A program made the position numbers and the translations under genes. DNA of 64,000 bases, taken from Fimicolochytrium jonesii (taxonomy: Eukaryota). Positions within the stretch are counted from its first letter, which is position 1. The number at the start of each line of letters is the position of its first letter. Where the stretch lies: assembly GCF_025526975.1 (NCBI RefSeq), contig NW_026515702.1, forward strand, positions 1 through 64,000, read 5' to 3'. The notes beneath the pieces are model-generated. The model saw only the letters and a program-made list of their open reading frames with translations, was not told the origin of the DNA and made no database searches. This document shows positions 1-12,404 of the stretch, one piece after another.

Positions 1-57
1 TCCAATACCCAGTAAAAGAGTTCACTTCTTTTGAATAGGAACATGGAACGACCACTG

Positions 58-1950
58 TTAAAGTACCCATGTTTCTGGAGTCCACTGGAGAACACGCTCC
101 AGTGAGGCATTAAGAGAATTAGAACCTTGAATCCACTGGAGAACACTGTTGGGATGCGTAACTACAGGTATTTCCTCAGGATATACAGGTATATCCCGCA
201 AGGCCTTTTCTCGCAGACGTGCAGTTCTCCAACTAGACCGGACAACCCACATTACATTGGTAGACTTGAACGTGCATGGCATGCGCCATGGAGGTGGCAG
301 CTTGGGGCCTCCTTCTTGTTCTTCTTCTTGTCTTGTGCAATCCTCAGACCTATGCGTCCCGAATTTGCAGTATTTGCAGTTGGGCTTGTTGGTTGCATTG
401 GATGAAGAGGAAGGAGTAGAGGAGGAGCCTCTTGAGGTGTCAGTCTGGGATTTTTCGTTCTTCTTCTTATGTAGTTGAGGGGAAGTAACATGGGCGGCGG
501 ATACACCTGACTGAGGCGCACTCGGGGTTTTCTCGTCAATTTGGGCAGCTATACAAGTAGCTGCTTGTTGAGAAAGACAAAGATTATCATCGTATTGTTC
601 CTGGGCAGTCACCAAGGTGCTTAGATTCTTCCGCAGAGCTTGAAGGAAATCGGCGCAGAGCACGTATTCCGGGAGTCCAGGGAGTGGTCCAGCCAAAAGG
701 TTGAACTGGGCAACGTGTTCGGTTGATCTTTGATGATTTATCGACTTGGGCTTCAATGCGCGCAGTCTATGAAGAACTTGCGGCAAATGAGTGCGGGGAA
801 TGAAGCGCACGAGCATCATGGAGCAGAGTCCGGTTTGAACGGGCAGTCCATATTCGTCGTGAATATCGTGCCATGAAATAATGGAAGGGCGGTCGGATTC
901 ACGAAGGCTTTTCCACCACTGGATAGCAGATCCAGTGAGTGCGTTGATGACGTAGTCTACGCATTCGGAAGGCACAATCATCTGATACTTCGTAATCACA
1001 TCAAACGTGATCAATGAACACTTGTAGCTTGGCAACGTTGGGTTCTCCATTGTAGGTACCGAGTTTACTGAGTGTGCTATTAACGAAGACCTTGGATGGT
1101 GTTTTGCCGGCCGAAGGGGACGTTACGGGAGTAACTGGTCTCAGAGGTTCACTTTCTTGAGGAATTTCAGCGAAAGCATGGACTTGAGAAGGGGTTTGAG
1201 TGTACCGCTTCCGTTGTGGTGTCGGATAAACGTAGGGGACGGTGTACGCCGCAGCGCGCTGAGGAGGCGCATGGGGTGCCGGTGAACGAAGTCACATATG
1301 GCAAATTAGCCAGGATAGGGCTAGCCGAGTAATTGGAACGAGTGCTGAGTACCGGCGATTGGGTGAGCGGGTTTACTGAGGGGACGTCGTTGTGAAGCGA
1401 GGTTTCGGTAAAGGCAGGTGTATTAGATAATCGTCGGAGTGTCGGAAACGCAAGTATGTCGATTTATTGTTGAAAGTTTTGACGGTATTTGACGTTGTCG
1501 TATAAAGGTGAATTCATCTGTTCGTCGAGGATTCTGGGCGTGTGATTGTCGTTGAGATATTATCGATTTCATGCGCACTTCGAAGCGCACTACTACAGTG
1601 GGAGAGAGATTCTCTTCCCATTCCGCAATTTCATCGGCTGTGGGGTTTGCGGGAAGGCTCGGGATGCGGCGGAGGATGGAGCGCTCAGAGGATTGAGCGT
1701 CGTCCTCCTCGTGGTGATTTTCAGACGGCTCCTCGTCTCGGAATTCGGGGTGGGACGGCGTGTCATTGTCGTGCTGAGAGTCATTGTCATACTGAGAGTT
1801 GTTTTCGTCCATGGTGATGATGCCGCTGGCGCAAACACAGGTGTGGGTCTGTGTACTACCCCGGGGAAGAGAGCGAACGTGAGTTCAAGGGCTCCTTGTT
1901 TTGCGACCAAATGCGCTGGGTGAAAACCCACACCGGTTGCCTCTCGCAAG
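58..1950 (-). mobile_element. Decayed LTR retrotransposon, gag region (probably Ty3/Gypsy type)
   Basis: ORF 58..1050 has a gag-like segment (LTGSAIQWWKSL..ISWHDI) and a CX2CX4HX4C knuckle (CKYCKFGTHRSEDC). Upstream frames (1423..1812) are broken. Confidence 0.7.
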
Positions 1951-2010
1951 AGCGGCTTCCAGTAATCCCCTTTCCGTTTGCATAGACGGAAATCACCATG
2001 GAGACCAGAT

Positions 2011-2357
2011 TGTAACGTACCTGTGTCGAGAACGATGAATTAGGTCAATGTTGATGCAGAATGAGAGTGCAATGTTGTGAACAGAATGCACTTAGCCCGT
2101 TTTTGTTCTAGGATCTGTGCACTTGAGTGAGAAAGAGATAAAGGAAAATGAAGCTAAGGGTTATCTGTTATTTATTCACGCGAGAAGCAAAATGGAGAGA
2201 GCTTACTAAGCAACCTCCGAACGGAGTCCATTTCAGGAATACGTAGAGACACGTGCACTGGGTGACCGTTTGACGCGTTATGTAAGGAAAGTGCGCGTAC
2301 GCGAAAACGACCATTTTCAGTTCTTGACCGTTACCGTTCGGTCTCATACCTACTACA
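2011..2357 (-). repeat. Candidate 5' LTR of the gag remnant
   Basis: Starts TGTAAC at 2011 and could end TACTACA at 2357 (alternative end near 2251). On the minus strand a PBS-like TGG follows 3 nt after the LTR end. No second copy in the window. Confidence 0.35.
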
Positions 2358-2498
2358 TCTGATACGCCAATCCTTCGTTCCGGAGCTCAGATCGGCACCC
2401 AGTCCTTGTCTGAACGTGTTGTCCCCGCACACAGATGTAAGTTCGGGATCTTGGGTTCGTCTTGGCAGCGTTCGGATTTCTCACCCTGTTCAGAAAAG

Positions 2499-3418
2499 AT
2501 GATGAAAGCGAAGGAATACGCACGAACCATCCTTCTCGGAGGCGTTCTCTTGGTGACCATCTCTGTACAATGCCTGCTCTGGACGGTGAAGTCCGGCCCC
2601 ATCACCGAGTCTCGTAAGTGCCCTTGGTTACGTTTCCGCTAGGACGCCCTCGTCTCCGCTGTCCCCTTCTGAGATAACAACTGTTAGGCTTTCCGCAAAA
2701 ATGCCTAGCTTGGGCAAGAGACGTCACCTTTTCAGGAAACCAAGTTCAGCAAATTTACGAAACTTTCGTGAAGAAGGATCCTGCGTACCATTCGAAACAC
2801 CAAGCCTACACTGATCTGATCGATTCCCGTTTCAAAGGCCATTACGATCCCAAGGGTCGTGACGCTCCGAGGGTGTACATTCTCATCGACTTCATTGACT
2901 GGATTCAGAAGCACAACATTTCTTCAAAGAACGCCCTCTTTACGGATATCAACGATCCGGAGATCAACTTCTTACCCCACATACGCACAACTGCAATTCC
3001 TTACCAGTTTTCCTCAGGGCAAAACGATCTTCACCAACTAGCGCTCATTGACCGGACATACGATTTTGTTCTGTTCTCGCAGACGCTTGAGCACCTGTAC
3101 AACCCGCTTCTGTCCCTACGGAACTTGTACGATCATATGGATATAGGTGGATACATGTTCACGAGTGTGCCCACGCTCAATGTTCTTCACATGTATCCGC
3201 ATCATTTCCAGCATTTCACGCCTTCCGGGCTCGCTATGCTGTGTCGTAGCGCAGGATTTGAGATTGTCGAATTGGGGTATTGGGGAAACTTAGAGTACGC
3301 CCAGAAACTTTTGTCAACATACTCGTGGCCCGATATGTATGAAGTGCCACGGGACAGCGATGGACTGCATCCTGCCCAGACCTGGATATTGGCACGGAAG
3401 CCAGGGGTTTCTGAATGA
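2499..3418 (+). CDS. Type II membrane class I SAM-dependent methyltransferase-like protein; join(2499..2613,2688..3418)
   Basis: N-terminal TM segment (ILLGGVLLVTISVQCLLW). GTAAGT..TTAG intron keeps frame. Motifs YDFVLFSQTLEHLYNP and GGYMFTSVP. Confidence 0.8.
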
Positions 3419-4115
3419 ACCCGGCCTACTATTCGGGACTGTATACGGGGTTGGACGTCGGGAGTTGTTGTCGGTATCGTTTGAAGTAAATGTATAAGGA
3501 GGAATCTTGGGAGGCCCATTACTCGCTGGAATAATTCCGCTTCAAAGGAAATATACTTCGCGAGATGGCGCCACACCCAATTACAGTCGAACTTCTGTCC
3601 ATACATTCGACCTCCAATCGTTTATGCCGTGGCTGTTGAGTCACTTGTTTTGCTCGCCAGCCTTTCTCGAAGGGAGTACTTGATTACCAGCCATAGAACG
3701 AGGGCAGCATACGAAAAGACGAGGGCAGGAGGACGTGGGAAAAAGGCAACAAGGACCATGCAAGATTCGAATATCGAGCGGGTGAACTTCTATGAACCAT
3801 TGTTAGAGTCCTCCGCGGAAGTCTTACTCTGTTGAAGTTGTTCACTGAAAATATACGGGTCGAAGCACGAAACAATAATATCAAGGTGTGGGACGCATAT
3901 ATACTTTGCAACAGTGAACTTCGAAAGCTGCCGGGTCTACTTCCAGTCGGTGTAAGATACAAACATCGACCGAGCCGCTAACAGGAGTGTCCTTGACTAG
4001 CTCACTATCGGGTATCGGAATAACAAAGGTGAATGAACGTTGAACTTTCCAGTTTCCTCAGTTCCGTCACATACCATTTCATGACACCCCACTTCCAGAG
4101 ACGACGCTTGTCCGT

Positions 4116-5249
4116 TTATGCTCCATCACCATGTACCCGCTCAAACGAAGAATCCACGATCGATCGGACCATCGCCTGAATTCCTCGTTTCCGGTGTTGC
4201 CACCAGGATATCACATCTCTTTGAAGTGTTAACAACTTCTCAGGGCTGGCGGTGAGATTGTGAATAAGTTCCGGCAGTTCGCTCCAGTGCGCGACCGTAG
4301 GGATGGGATTCGGACCTAGTCCAATGCCTAAGAAATCCATATTTCGATCCGCTACGGACTGAACGATCGGAATAGAGCCCGCCTCAAGTGCCTCATACAA
4401 CCGCAGCGACTCAGGATTATTTCCATGTGGTGCTAGGGTGAAAACGGATTCCACCAGTAGGTTTCGATACGTGATCACATGCAACGCCTGAGGGTCTGCC
4501 CACTGCTTGTCAGCCGATATGAAGCATGCTAATCCGCTTTGCTCCACTACAGTCAGCATCTCCTGTCTGTTTCCTCTCTTGCTGCCGATGAAGTTACAAA
4601 GATACTTTCGTGTATCCGCTCGAGGAAGCATGGAAGCAGGTATTGTGCCGAAGCCTGATTTCATTCCCAAAGGAAGGTAATGCACAGCCGGTCCCTGCTG
4701 GGAGATTTCACCATTGTAGTAGTTGCGGAAAATGTAGTCGGGACCAGCCGAATACCAATCCCGGTTTAGCGAAAATGTCTCGTCACCCATATGGAGGGCT
4801 CCAAAATTTACTATTCCTTCATTCCTCATGTCCAAAAACCAATCTGGTGTAGGCGGATCGAATAAGAGAACGGTCAGCGAATCGTTCATCTTGACGTTGC
4901 TTTCCAGATGGAGGTGCACGGGTCGATTCAGTCCAGCACATACGACCGAATAGATCCAATCAAGCTCGTAGATACGTCCTCCCGCTTCAATCGGGAGAGC
5001 ATTCATCTGGAAAATCAGATGAAGAGCCCTTCTGCCGTTTTGTGCAGGTTCAGGGTTCTGGAGGAAGTCAGGAAATCCTGTCGCTGACAGTCTCGTGTTC
5101 GTCCCCGTCGTCATGGTTTTGGGAACCACGGAAACAATGACGCAAATCCCTAGCAGCGCCCCCACATAGGCGTAAAATCGCCGCGGGGCCGCAAGGCGAG
5201 TAGTTGCAAAGCCAAGCCATCCGTAGGAGTACGCTATGCGTCTGCGCAT
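4116..5249 (-). CDS. RXYLT1/TMEM5-like (exostosin-related) glycosyltransferase, type II membrane
   Basis: TM segment (YVGALLGICVIVSVV), HMGDE, RKYLCNFIGS, YRNLLVESVFTLAPHGNNPESLRLYEALEAGSIPIV. Start placed at MRRRIAY. Confidence 0.75.
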   Translation of the reverse strand: MRRRIAYSYGWLGFATTRLAAPRRFYAYVGALLGICVIVSVVPKTMTTGTNTRLSATGFPDFLQNPEPAQNGRRALHLIFQMNALPIEAGGRIYELDWIYSVVCAGLNRPVHLHLESNVKMNDSLTVLLFDPPTPDWFLDMRNEGIVNFGALHMGDETFSLNRDWYSAGPDYIFRNYYNGEISQQGPAVHYLPLGMKSGFGTIPASMLPRADTRKYLCNFIGSKRGNRQEMLTVVEQSGLACFISADKQWADPQALHVITYRNLLVESVFTLAPHGNNPESLRLYEALEAGSIPIVQSVADRNMDFLGIGLGPNPIPTVAHWSELPELIHNLTASPEKLLTLQRDVISWWQHRKRGIQAMVRSIVDSSFERVHGDGA

Positions 5250-5949
5250 TCTGAATCGTAACAATTTCGTATGCTTTTGTTGATTGATTAACTGATTCAG
5301 CGAATGTATTGCATCCAGCTTGAATTTGAACAACTTACTTGGTAAAAGGCCGCTTTCCGTACGTTGATTGCCCAAAAACGGCCGGGCTGCCCAGAACATG
5401 TATGTACGATGGCGGGTGCGGGATGCCCGGTTACGCGTCTGCTCCCGTTTATGCTACCTACAACGCTACGCACGCGATGAGCCAACAATACAGTACGTGA
5501 TCGACGCGTTTATGAAGCTCCATAGCCCTGCCAACTCACAACAGACCAGGTGGAGGTGGAGGAAAGAGGCCTTGAAACATCTTTAGCAAATCTGGCTTGA
5601 TCTGTGATGGAGCGTGTCTGTGGCCTTTGGACTGTTGGCCTTGCTGGAACCGTTTGACGCGGCGAGGACTAGGCCAAGCGTAGCTGGATCCATGCGCAGC
5701 TGGAGTACGTTTGCCCTGACCGGTTCCGCTTGGCACAGGTACAGTATGTTTGGCATGAGTGAGCTTGCAGAGTAGGCAATGGAGCGTCGTCCTTGACCTC
5801 GTGTGAGGCGGAGTTACCCGCTGGGAACCCGCTGTCAACAATGAAAGTGCGCTTGTGCACATACTGGAACTGAACATGGTCACAGATGCACCGGATATGA
5901 AAAACAGGGTAGCTCATGCTCGTAGCCAGATTCGACCTGCACAGTTCCC

Positions 5950-7800
5950 ATCTCCCTTCTCCTCCGCGACCTCTACCGTCCTACTTTTGCGCAAAGAAGC
6001 AGCAAATTCAACGTTGAATTCATGTGGTTTCATGCCCTCTGGCGGACAAGAGCTCTCATCCGTTCCAGATTGTTTATGGCCCACGCTAGCCGTGCACCCT
6101 TGCGAACCGGAGCCTCAGGTACGTTTGAGCGTGTCCGCGGTTGCTTATGTGTAACGGATCTGACAATTCCGTGGACTAGCAGGAAGTCATCTAACGCAGC
6201 GCAGTCCTTGACTCGCTCATGCGTTTCCCACGTCGTTTGTTCGGGTGGCCATCCAACCCATCCAACCACATAACGAGGCTTTCCATGAACCAACTTATGC
6301 CCGATAATCTTATAAACGTCATACTCTTCCTTGCCATTGACATTGGCAGGCCCAGGGTTTGAGTCTTCAACTGCGTCAATGCGTAACGGTCCGAAGATGG
6401 CATCGACATTCCCCAGCTTGACTTTTCGCCGGAAAACGTGAGTCCTGAATCGATCATAAGGATAAATACTTTTTCACGGTCGTCCATGTGATATTGTACG
6501 AATTTGCGAATATTAGGTTTCACTTGTGTCTCGTCTCGGTATCTTGGTCCTTTGATGCCGGTGTCATGGACATATATGCTGACGATGTCGGGATTGAGTG
6601 ATTCAAATGCTTTGTCGACCACTCGTTGAAATTGAGATCAGTTCCTCCTTGAGGGAGTCGGGTAAGTCGATATAGTTCAAACGGCGTAAGCATGGCCATA
6701 AGATCTCTTGATTTGGGTTGTAGGGGTACTTGACCATATCCGGAATACATGTCGGCCATAGAAAAAATAGAGCGTCCAGCGAATTCCTCAGCGAAAACTT
6801 CTGCGATCGGCATGCATCCGGCCTCTCGTATTGTTACGCTGTTGAGCATCTGCACGTCTTGTACAAGTTGGTATGTTCCGTTCTTTTTAGGAACTAGGAA
6901 CCAGGGTTTCCGGTAGGGTCCAAATGAGGGCTCAAGTAGTCCTGCATTGCGTTTTGTTCGAAGAAGGTCTGAAGCGATTTTCATCATTTGCGGAGGTAGT
7001 CGATGGGGTTTAACCTTCCAGGGAGTGTGCCGGATCGTGTGAATCTTTACAGGTTCCTCTATGTATGGCTTCAATGTTCCTCTCTACTGTCGACGAAAGT
7101 GAACGCCATGTCGTATTGCGAAAAATGTAGGCGTAGGCGAAGATCTCACACATGAAAGCGCCCCCAACTCGACTCTCAACCAACCGGAAGCTCTCACGAC
7201 GCCTAAAACGCTGAAGAATCAACTGCAAAACAAGAAAACCAATTTCCGGTGGCCGCATACGCCAAACATTGAAGAAAAACCAGAGAAAAGATTAGCGATA
7301 GGACTGTATCAGCGTAGACATTGCGAATGGAAAGAGGAAAAACGACGTAGACCGCTGCAGGAAAAGAGAAAAAGCCCCCGACGTAGCTGATTCCTCCAGA
7401 GAGAAATAGTAGAGAGTTTGGACTTCGACAAAATCCCGTAGCCTAGAAAAATGTGTATAAAAACCCGACTGTTTTGCCCAGACTTTTGTACGATACGCAG
7501 AACACACCGACCTACAACAGAGCTGTTTCTACTTCTCTACTCCCAACGACTTCTAGCCGCTATTCGGGCCCAAGTGCAACGAACGCATCTTCGGCATACT
7601 CGGTATACCGTTCGATAAAAACAAGGACGTCTCCGGAGGCGTAGTTCAGGTACTTGGCTTCCTCCTGAACATACCGGCTATGACCATTTCCATTTCGGAG
7701 CGCAAGAGGACCACACTTGCCCAGGGAGCTAGCAACGCATGACCATGGGCACGAGTACACTCACCTCAGTTTGCTTGTCAACGTCGCAGCTGTAAAGAGA
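5950..7800 (-). mobile_element. Decayed, internally deleted chromodomain-bearing Ty3/Gypsy element
   Basis: RT fragments at 6191..7074 (PWFLVPKKNG, ADMYSGYGQV, RLPQG, YVHD in place of YxDD) with frameshifts. Chromodomain-like text near 6200-6330 (YKIIGHK..PRYVVGWVGWPPEQTTWE). Confidence 0.8.
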
Positions 7801-8143
7801 ACCGTCGCTTGAGGTTGTGTCGAGAAGGTGACGTTGTGTGTGTGAAGATATACTGTATCGCCGCCCCAGGGCAGACCCCAAGGCTTGAAGGAGTCCAAGG
7901 CGCGCACGAGAATGTGTGTTATTCAGCAGCCTCGATTTGATTGCGGGTTAGCCCTTCCAGGGCCGAGACGTCAGCACGGCTTACATGAACTCCGCACGTT
8001 TGGAAAACGTACAGTACGCCAAGCGACGGGCCATGTCAGAATACCTTTGTCGGGAAGTATATAAGCGTTCCTCCAGTACCAGTACTACGCCGACGGGCAC
8101 TTAGGTATTAAGAACGAATCTCAACGAAATTCGCGATACGAGG

Positions 8144-9304
8144 ATGGGAGCCCTTTCGTCTTTTTCGCGTGTTGCTCGACCGTCCCACTTCAGAATAGGT
8201 GCTGCGGCTTTCTTCATTATTTTCGTACTTCTGGTCTTGAAGTACCACGCCAATTATGCCACCGCTCCTGCATCCGTGGCACAAACGACGCGAACAGCAC
8301 CCCAAGAATACTCGAAAAAGATCTTCGCACCTGTCCAAGATTCGACTGCCCATCCATCGTCGGCGGCGGTATCGGTGTTTCCGGGGAAAGTCCATCTCAT
8401 TGCCACGGCAACAACGACGGGAGAAGGCTTCTGCCGGCTATTGAAATCCGCCCTCGCGAATGACTGGAATATGACGGCCCTGTATTACGGCGCGGACAAG
8501 TCTGGCAAGCTTATCAAAGTAGAGGCAGTCTACGATTTCCTGAAGCTTTCGAATCTGGCCGACGATGACGTTATTGTGATGGTCGACGGATTCGATGTGC
8601 ATGTGCACCGCGGACCCGAGAGCGTTCTGCAGAGTTTCCTGGAGTTCGACTCGCCCATTGTGTATAGTGCCGAAAAGACGTGCTGGCCGTACATCTATCC
8701 TCCATGGGGTGTGCAACAGATGGACAAGTGCCAAGTGGTTCCAAACTCTACTTTGTCCGCGGACGTTTACGGTCCTGAGACGGACAGCATTCCACCTCAG
8801 ATCGACAATGCTGGGGATCCTACAACTCGTCCTCGTTGGCTGAATTCGGGCATGCTGATGGGTCGGGTATCCGCACTACGCATCCTCTACGAGGATATGA
8901 TGGCGGAAGTGAGAGGAGGCACATCGTGGTCGGGTGGAAACTACTTAGACGACCAAGCCCTGGCATTCGAGCGACACTTAAATGGTACCTTCGGGATCAC
9001 GCTCGACTACCCGGCCTCGATCTTCATGAACCTTGACAAGAGTGAAGGCGACATCACATGGGTCTTGAATGACGCTCGCCGCCCGCGAGAAAGGGCTGCT
9101 TTGGTGAACCGAATCTCGGGTACCTCTCCGGCATTTTTCCATTACAACGGCCAGGGGAAAGGTCTTCAGCACGTCTTCTGGCCAAAACTTTGGTTTCAAC
9201 AAGCCCGGTCGACGTATAAATTATCCGAAACCGATGGCTTCACAGTAGCTACACCAGATGGAAGATGGGTGTCGTTTCAGGAGGCGTGCGATGGACAAAT
9301 TTGA
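8144..9304 (+). CDS. PLOD/LH3 glycosyltransferase-domain-like GT-A protein, type II membrane
   Basis: TM segment (AAAFFIIFVLLVL), VMVDGFDV, IVYSAEKTCWP, WLNSGMLMG, DDQ, HYNG. Single intact ORF. Confidence 0.8.
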   Translation: MGALSSFSRVARPSHFRIGAAAFFIIFVLLVLKYHANYATAPASVAQTTRTAPQEYSKKIFAPVQDSTAHPSSAAVSVFPGKVHLIATATTTGEGFCRLLKSALANDWNMTALYYGADKSGKLIKVEAVYDFLKLSNLADDDVIVMVDGFDVHVHRGPESVLQSFLEFDSPIVYSAEKTCWPYIYPPWGVQQMDKCQVVPNSTLSADVYGPETDSIPPQIDNAGDPTTRPRWLNSGMLMGRVSALRILYEDMMAEVRGGTSWSGGNYLDDQALAFERHLNGTFGITLDYPASIFMNLDKSEGDITWVLNDARRPRERAALVNRISGTSPAFFHYNGQGKGLQHVFWPKLWFQQARSTYKLSETDGFTVATPDGRWVSFQEACDGQI

Positions 9305-10088
9305 GATTTCACAATACTTTTGCATAGCGGTTGAAGATGCTTTTCGTATATCAAATAAACTTTCAGGTCGGAAAAAAATGTCTCGAGATATGAAATAATT
9401 GTGAGAGTTTAGTATCATAAAACGGTTCCAGTGAAAGTAAACCCCTGAAGGGACCGGCGACGACAAGTCATACGAACAGATAGCATTCGAAACCGTAGCA
9501 TGAAGAGTCCCATGTGGTCCACTTTCCTATCAGCTAGCTAATTCAGTAAAAGATTCTGCGGAAGATATTGGCCGAGCAGATGCGTTACCTAAGCATTGCT
9601 GCTCTACCTCGTCTTTTTCTAATCGAAGAATTCTCATGCTATATTGTTAAGGACGACGGGTCAATCCCATAAGCATATCTGTGAAAATGGATTGCAATGC
9701 GCTACACGCACTTAAGTCAGTGTCCGCCCGACGCGCCTCTCTGCCACGTGAAACGGTCATTGCAATAATCCAATCCGAAGGAATAGGTCGTGATGTGGGC
9801 TTCCTGCACCAGTGGAGCCAGTGGAGAACACGCTCTAACGCACTCATAAAAAAAAAAATAAGGAGAACGCGTTCTGACAAGGGGACTCCGCGTTCCCGAA
9901 CGCGTGGTTCCGCCACTGCGCCGTAACATCATCCTGCCTCAACCTGCCTCGCGTGTGCTGTATCCAAACCTCCAAATTCACACTACCTCCCTATATAGAG
10001 CTCTATACAGCCTAGAACACACAAATTCTCTGCCCTCAAACTCTCTCCAACCCCGCCTACTTCTCTTCGCATTTGTCCTCACGGCGAC

Positions 10089-11320
10089 ATGCGCGATTTG
10101 CTCTCTTCGCCGCTAGGGAAATTGAGGACACCCCGGATGAGAATTGGTCTCCTGCTGGTACTTTCCGCTTTCGTCACAGGGCTACTGCTGCTCGCTTCCC
10201 AGCGGTGTCCATCATCGAGTTCATTTGAAGGTCGGGTGGGTAGTGATGTTGTAAAGAGGTAGGATCTCATTTCTATGGTTAACTGTTCTCTCTGCGCCTG
10301 TGAGCGCTTGCTCACGTACCGTTTTCCAGTTGCCACGAAAACGGGCGGGCCAGCTTCGAGCAGCATGCGGAAGCTTCCACACGAGTTCAAGCCCAGTCAG
10401 AGTCTGATACGGTAGCCCACCTAGACGCAAAGGCCCCTTTCCACGAGAACGTTGCAGTCCAAAAGATCCCGCGCATCTTCCATCAAATGTGGATTGGGGA
10501 TACTACAGAGATGCCAAAAGGCCCCCTCAGATCGTGCAAGCGCATTCACAACGACTCCAGCGGCTGGAAATATATCCTATGGCAGCCACACACCCTGCTG
10601 AGTTTCTTCCACTCAGGAGACCTCGATCCGCAGTTCACCGATTTCGTCAAAAATAAGCTCCGGCTGCTCGAATACAATCTGACGTGTTCGGATCGCAAAA
10701 GCCTACTGCGTGCAGCCGACGTGTGGCGGCTTGTTGTCTTACATCACTACGGTGGCGTCTACGTTGACGGAGACGGCCAATGCATCCGCTCATTCACTGA
10801 CCTAGTCGAGAATGACAACGAGGGCCGTGAGTGCTTCATCGGCTACGAATCCAGCACGTACCGAGGAACGTTGCGCGCGAACGGCATTATGGGTTGCGTT
10901 CCCGAATCTGTCACCATTCAATATACCCTGGACGCAATTCACGCCAATGACGCACTGCGGGTCCCTGGTGAGGCCTGGGAGCTCACAGGCCCGAAACTCC
11001 TTACGATCACAGGTGAAACTCTGGAAAATGAGCTGCCGTGGCGTCGGCTGCGGACGGAACACGGACAAAGGCTAGGCTACAAAGTTTACCCGTCAAGCAC
11101 GTTCCTACCGGTCCATTACACCGACAAGCAGAACGGGATGACGCCCGAAGAAGGTTTGCAGCGAGCGAAAGATCTCGGAAGTTATATGGTGCACTTATGG
11201 GGAAGCACCTTGGACGCTTACAAGGCCGAGGATGGCGATGTCAGGAATCCGAGCCGTCTTTCTGATGGGCACAAGACGACTGGGAAAGCCAGTGCTCCCG
11301 AGGCAGTCCTCATTCATTAA
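10089..11320 (+). CDS. GT32-family glycosyltransferase; join(10089..10258,10330..11320)
   Basis: TM exon (IGLLLVLSAFVTGLLLL), KIPRIFHQMW, ADVWRLVVLHHYGGVYVDGD, TGP, HLWGST. The splice donor was chosen to keep frame. Confidence 0.8.
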
Positions 11321-11559
11321 CTTGGCAACTCTTTTATTGTCGATTGGGGAAAGCGGCAATCTGAATTGGTGAGTTGGGATGTCGATATTGAGCTGTACAA
11401 ATGGGGAAGTCCTCAGCAGAAGGGGCAGCAGCATCTATGAAATCTTGCACATGGGCGAGGGTACGGGCGGCGTCGTTTGGGATATCTCATAAATGTCTTG
11501 TATTTGTTATTGTATCTTCCTACTTCTATACAATCCGGTACTCAGGCTCGCCCCCCCGA

Positions 11560-12100
11560 GCGCTCGCTGATACATTACCTAAGGCTTCAAGCCTCATTGG
11601 AGCCAGGGTGATGGCCTGAATTTTGCCGACGAATTTGGTGACCTGTCTTGCAGGTGGCCATGCGCGGCAACTGGTTTGACGGAGGAGCTGGGTCATTGCG
11701 CGGACTTTGTGTTGGGGAAGGCGCATCATTTTGAGTGGAGATCCCAATCCTAACCGACGTAGCGAGTCGTCTGTGACGGGGTGAGGTCGGATTTGGCCCA
11801 CTTGAAGACACAGCCGAGGAGCTGCATTAACCGCTACGTGAACAACATCCCCTCAAGACAATGGAGCTGCGTTGTCGCGATGTTGAGGAAGTCGAGGAAG
11901 TCGTCCACCCACACGAGGATGGCGTCGCCGTTGTAGCGTATTATAGTCAGAATGGCTTTCATCCAAAGGATGGCCTAAGGGCAACTCTGATCCCAAAATT
12001 GTTCTTGAGCGTAGTAAATGCGGTGCGGAAGACGAAATCGTACAAGCATCGCCGCTTCGACGGCCAGCGGTAAAGCTTCACCAAGGACCGACGAGCTCAT
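11560..12100 (-). mobile_element. Decayed DIRS-type retrotransposon RT fragment
   Basis: Minus-strand frames give NFGIRVA, ILVWVDDFL (RT YxDD variant) and MMRLPQHKV..ARQVTKFVGKIQA, with stops and frameshifts. Confidence 0.55.
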
Positions 12101-12404
12101 TTTAATCAAGGCGACTCGAACGTTGGTGGCAGGCCGCTTACACTGAGCACACCGAAATTAGTCGAAGCTGCTTTAGTAAATGGTGGTCTGGCTGATAGCA
12201 CCACCCAGAGACGAGCTGAAACTTCCAAAGACTGAGCGGCCGCCGTCACATTGATATCGTGCTTGTGGGCAAAAGTGTCCTGCCGGGTAGAAAGTTTATA
12301 TAGTCCTCTTTATTTGGCCAACCTCTCACTACGGGTTTTACAAAATCGCACTATACAACGTCTTGCACGCATGCATGCATGCGAGGTACGTGAAAGCGTA
12401 ACAG

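Noticed and set aside
85..9836. 14-mer TGGAGAACACGCTC shared between ~86 and ~9822
   Set aside because: Similarity does not extend; compatible with chance.
9681..9926. Short ORF with an RTRSDKG motif
   Set aside because: No supporting domain; overlaps the GT32 promoter and a poly-A run.
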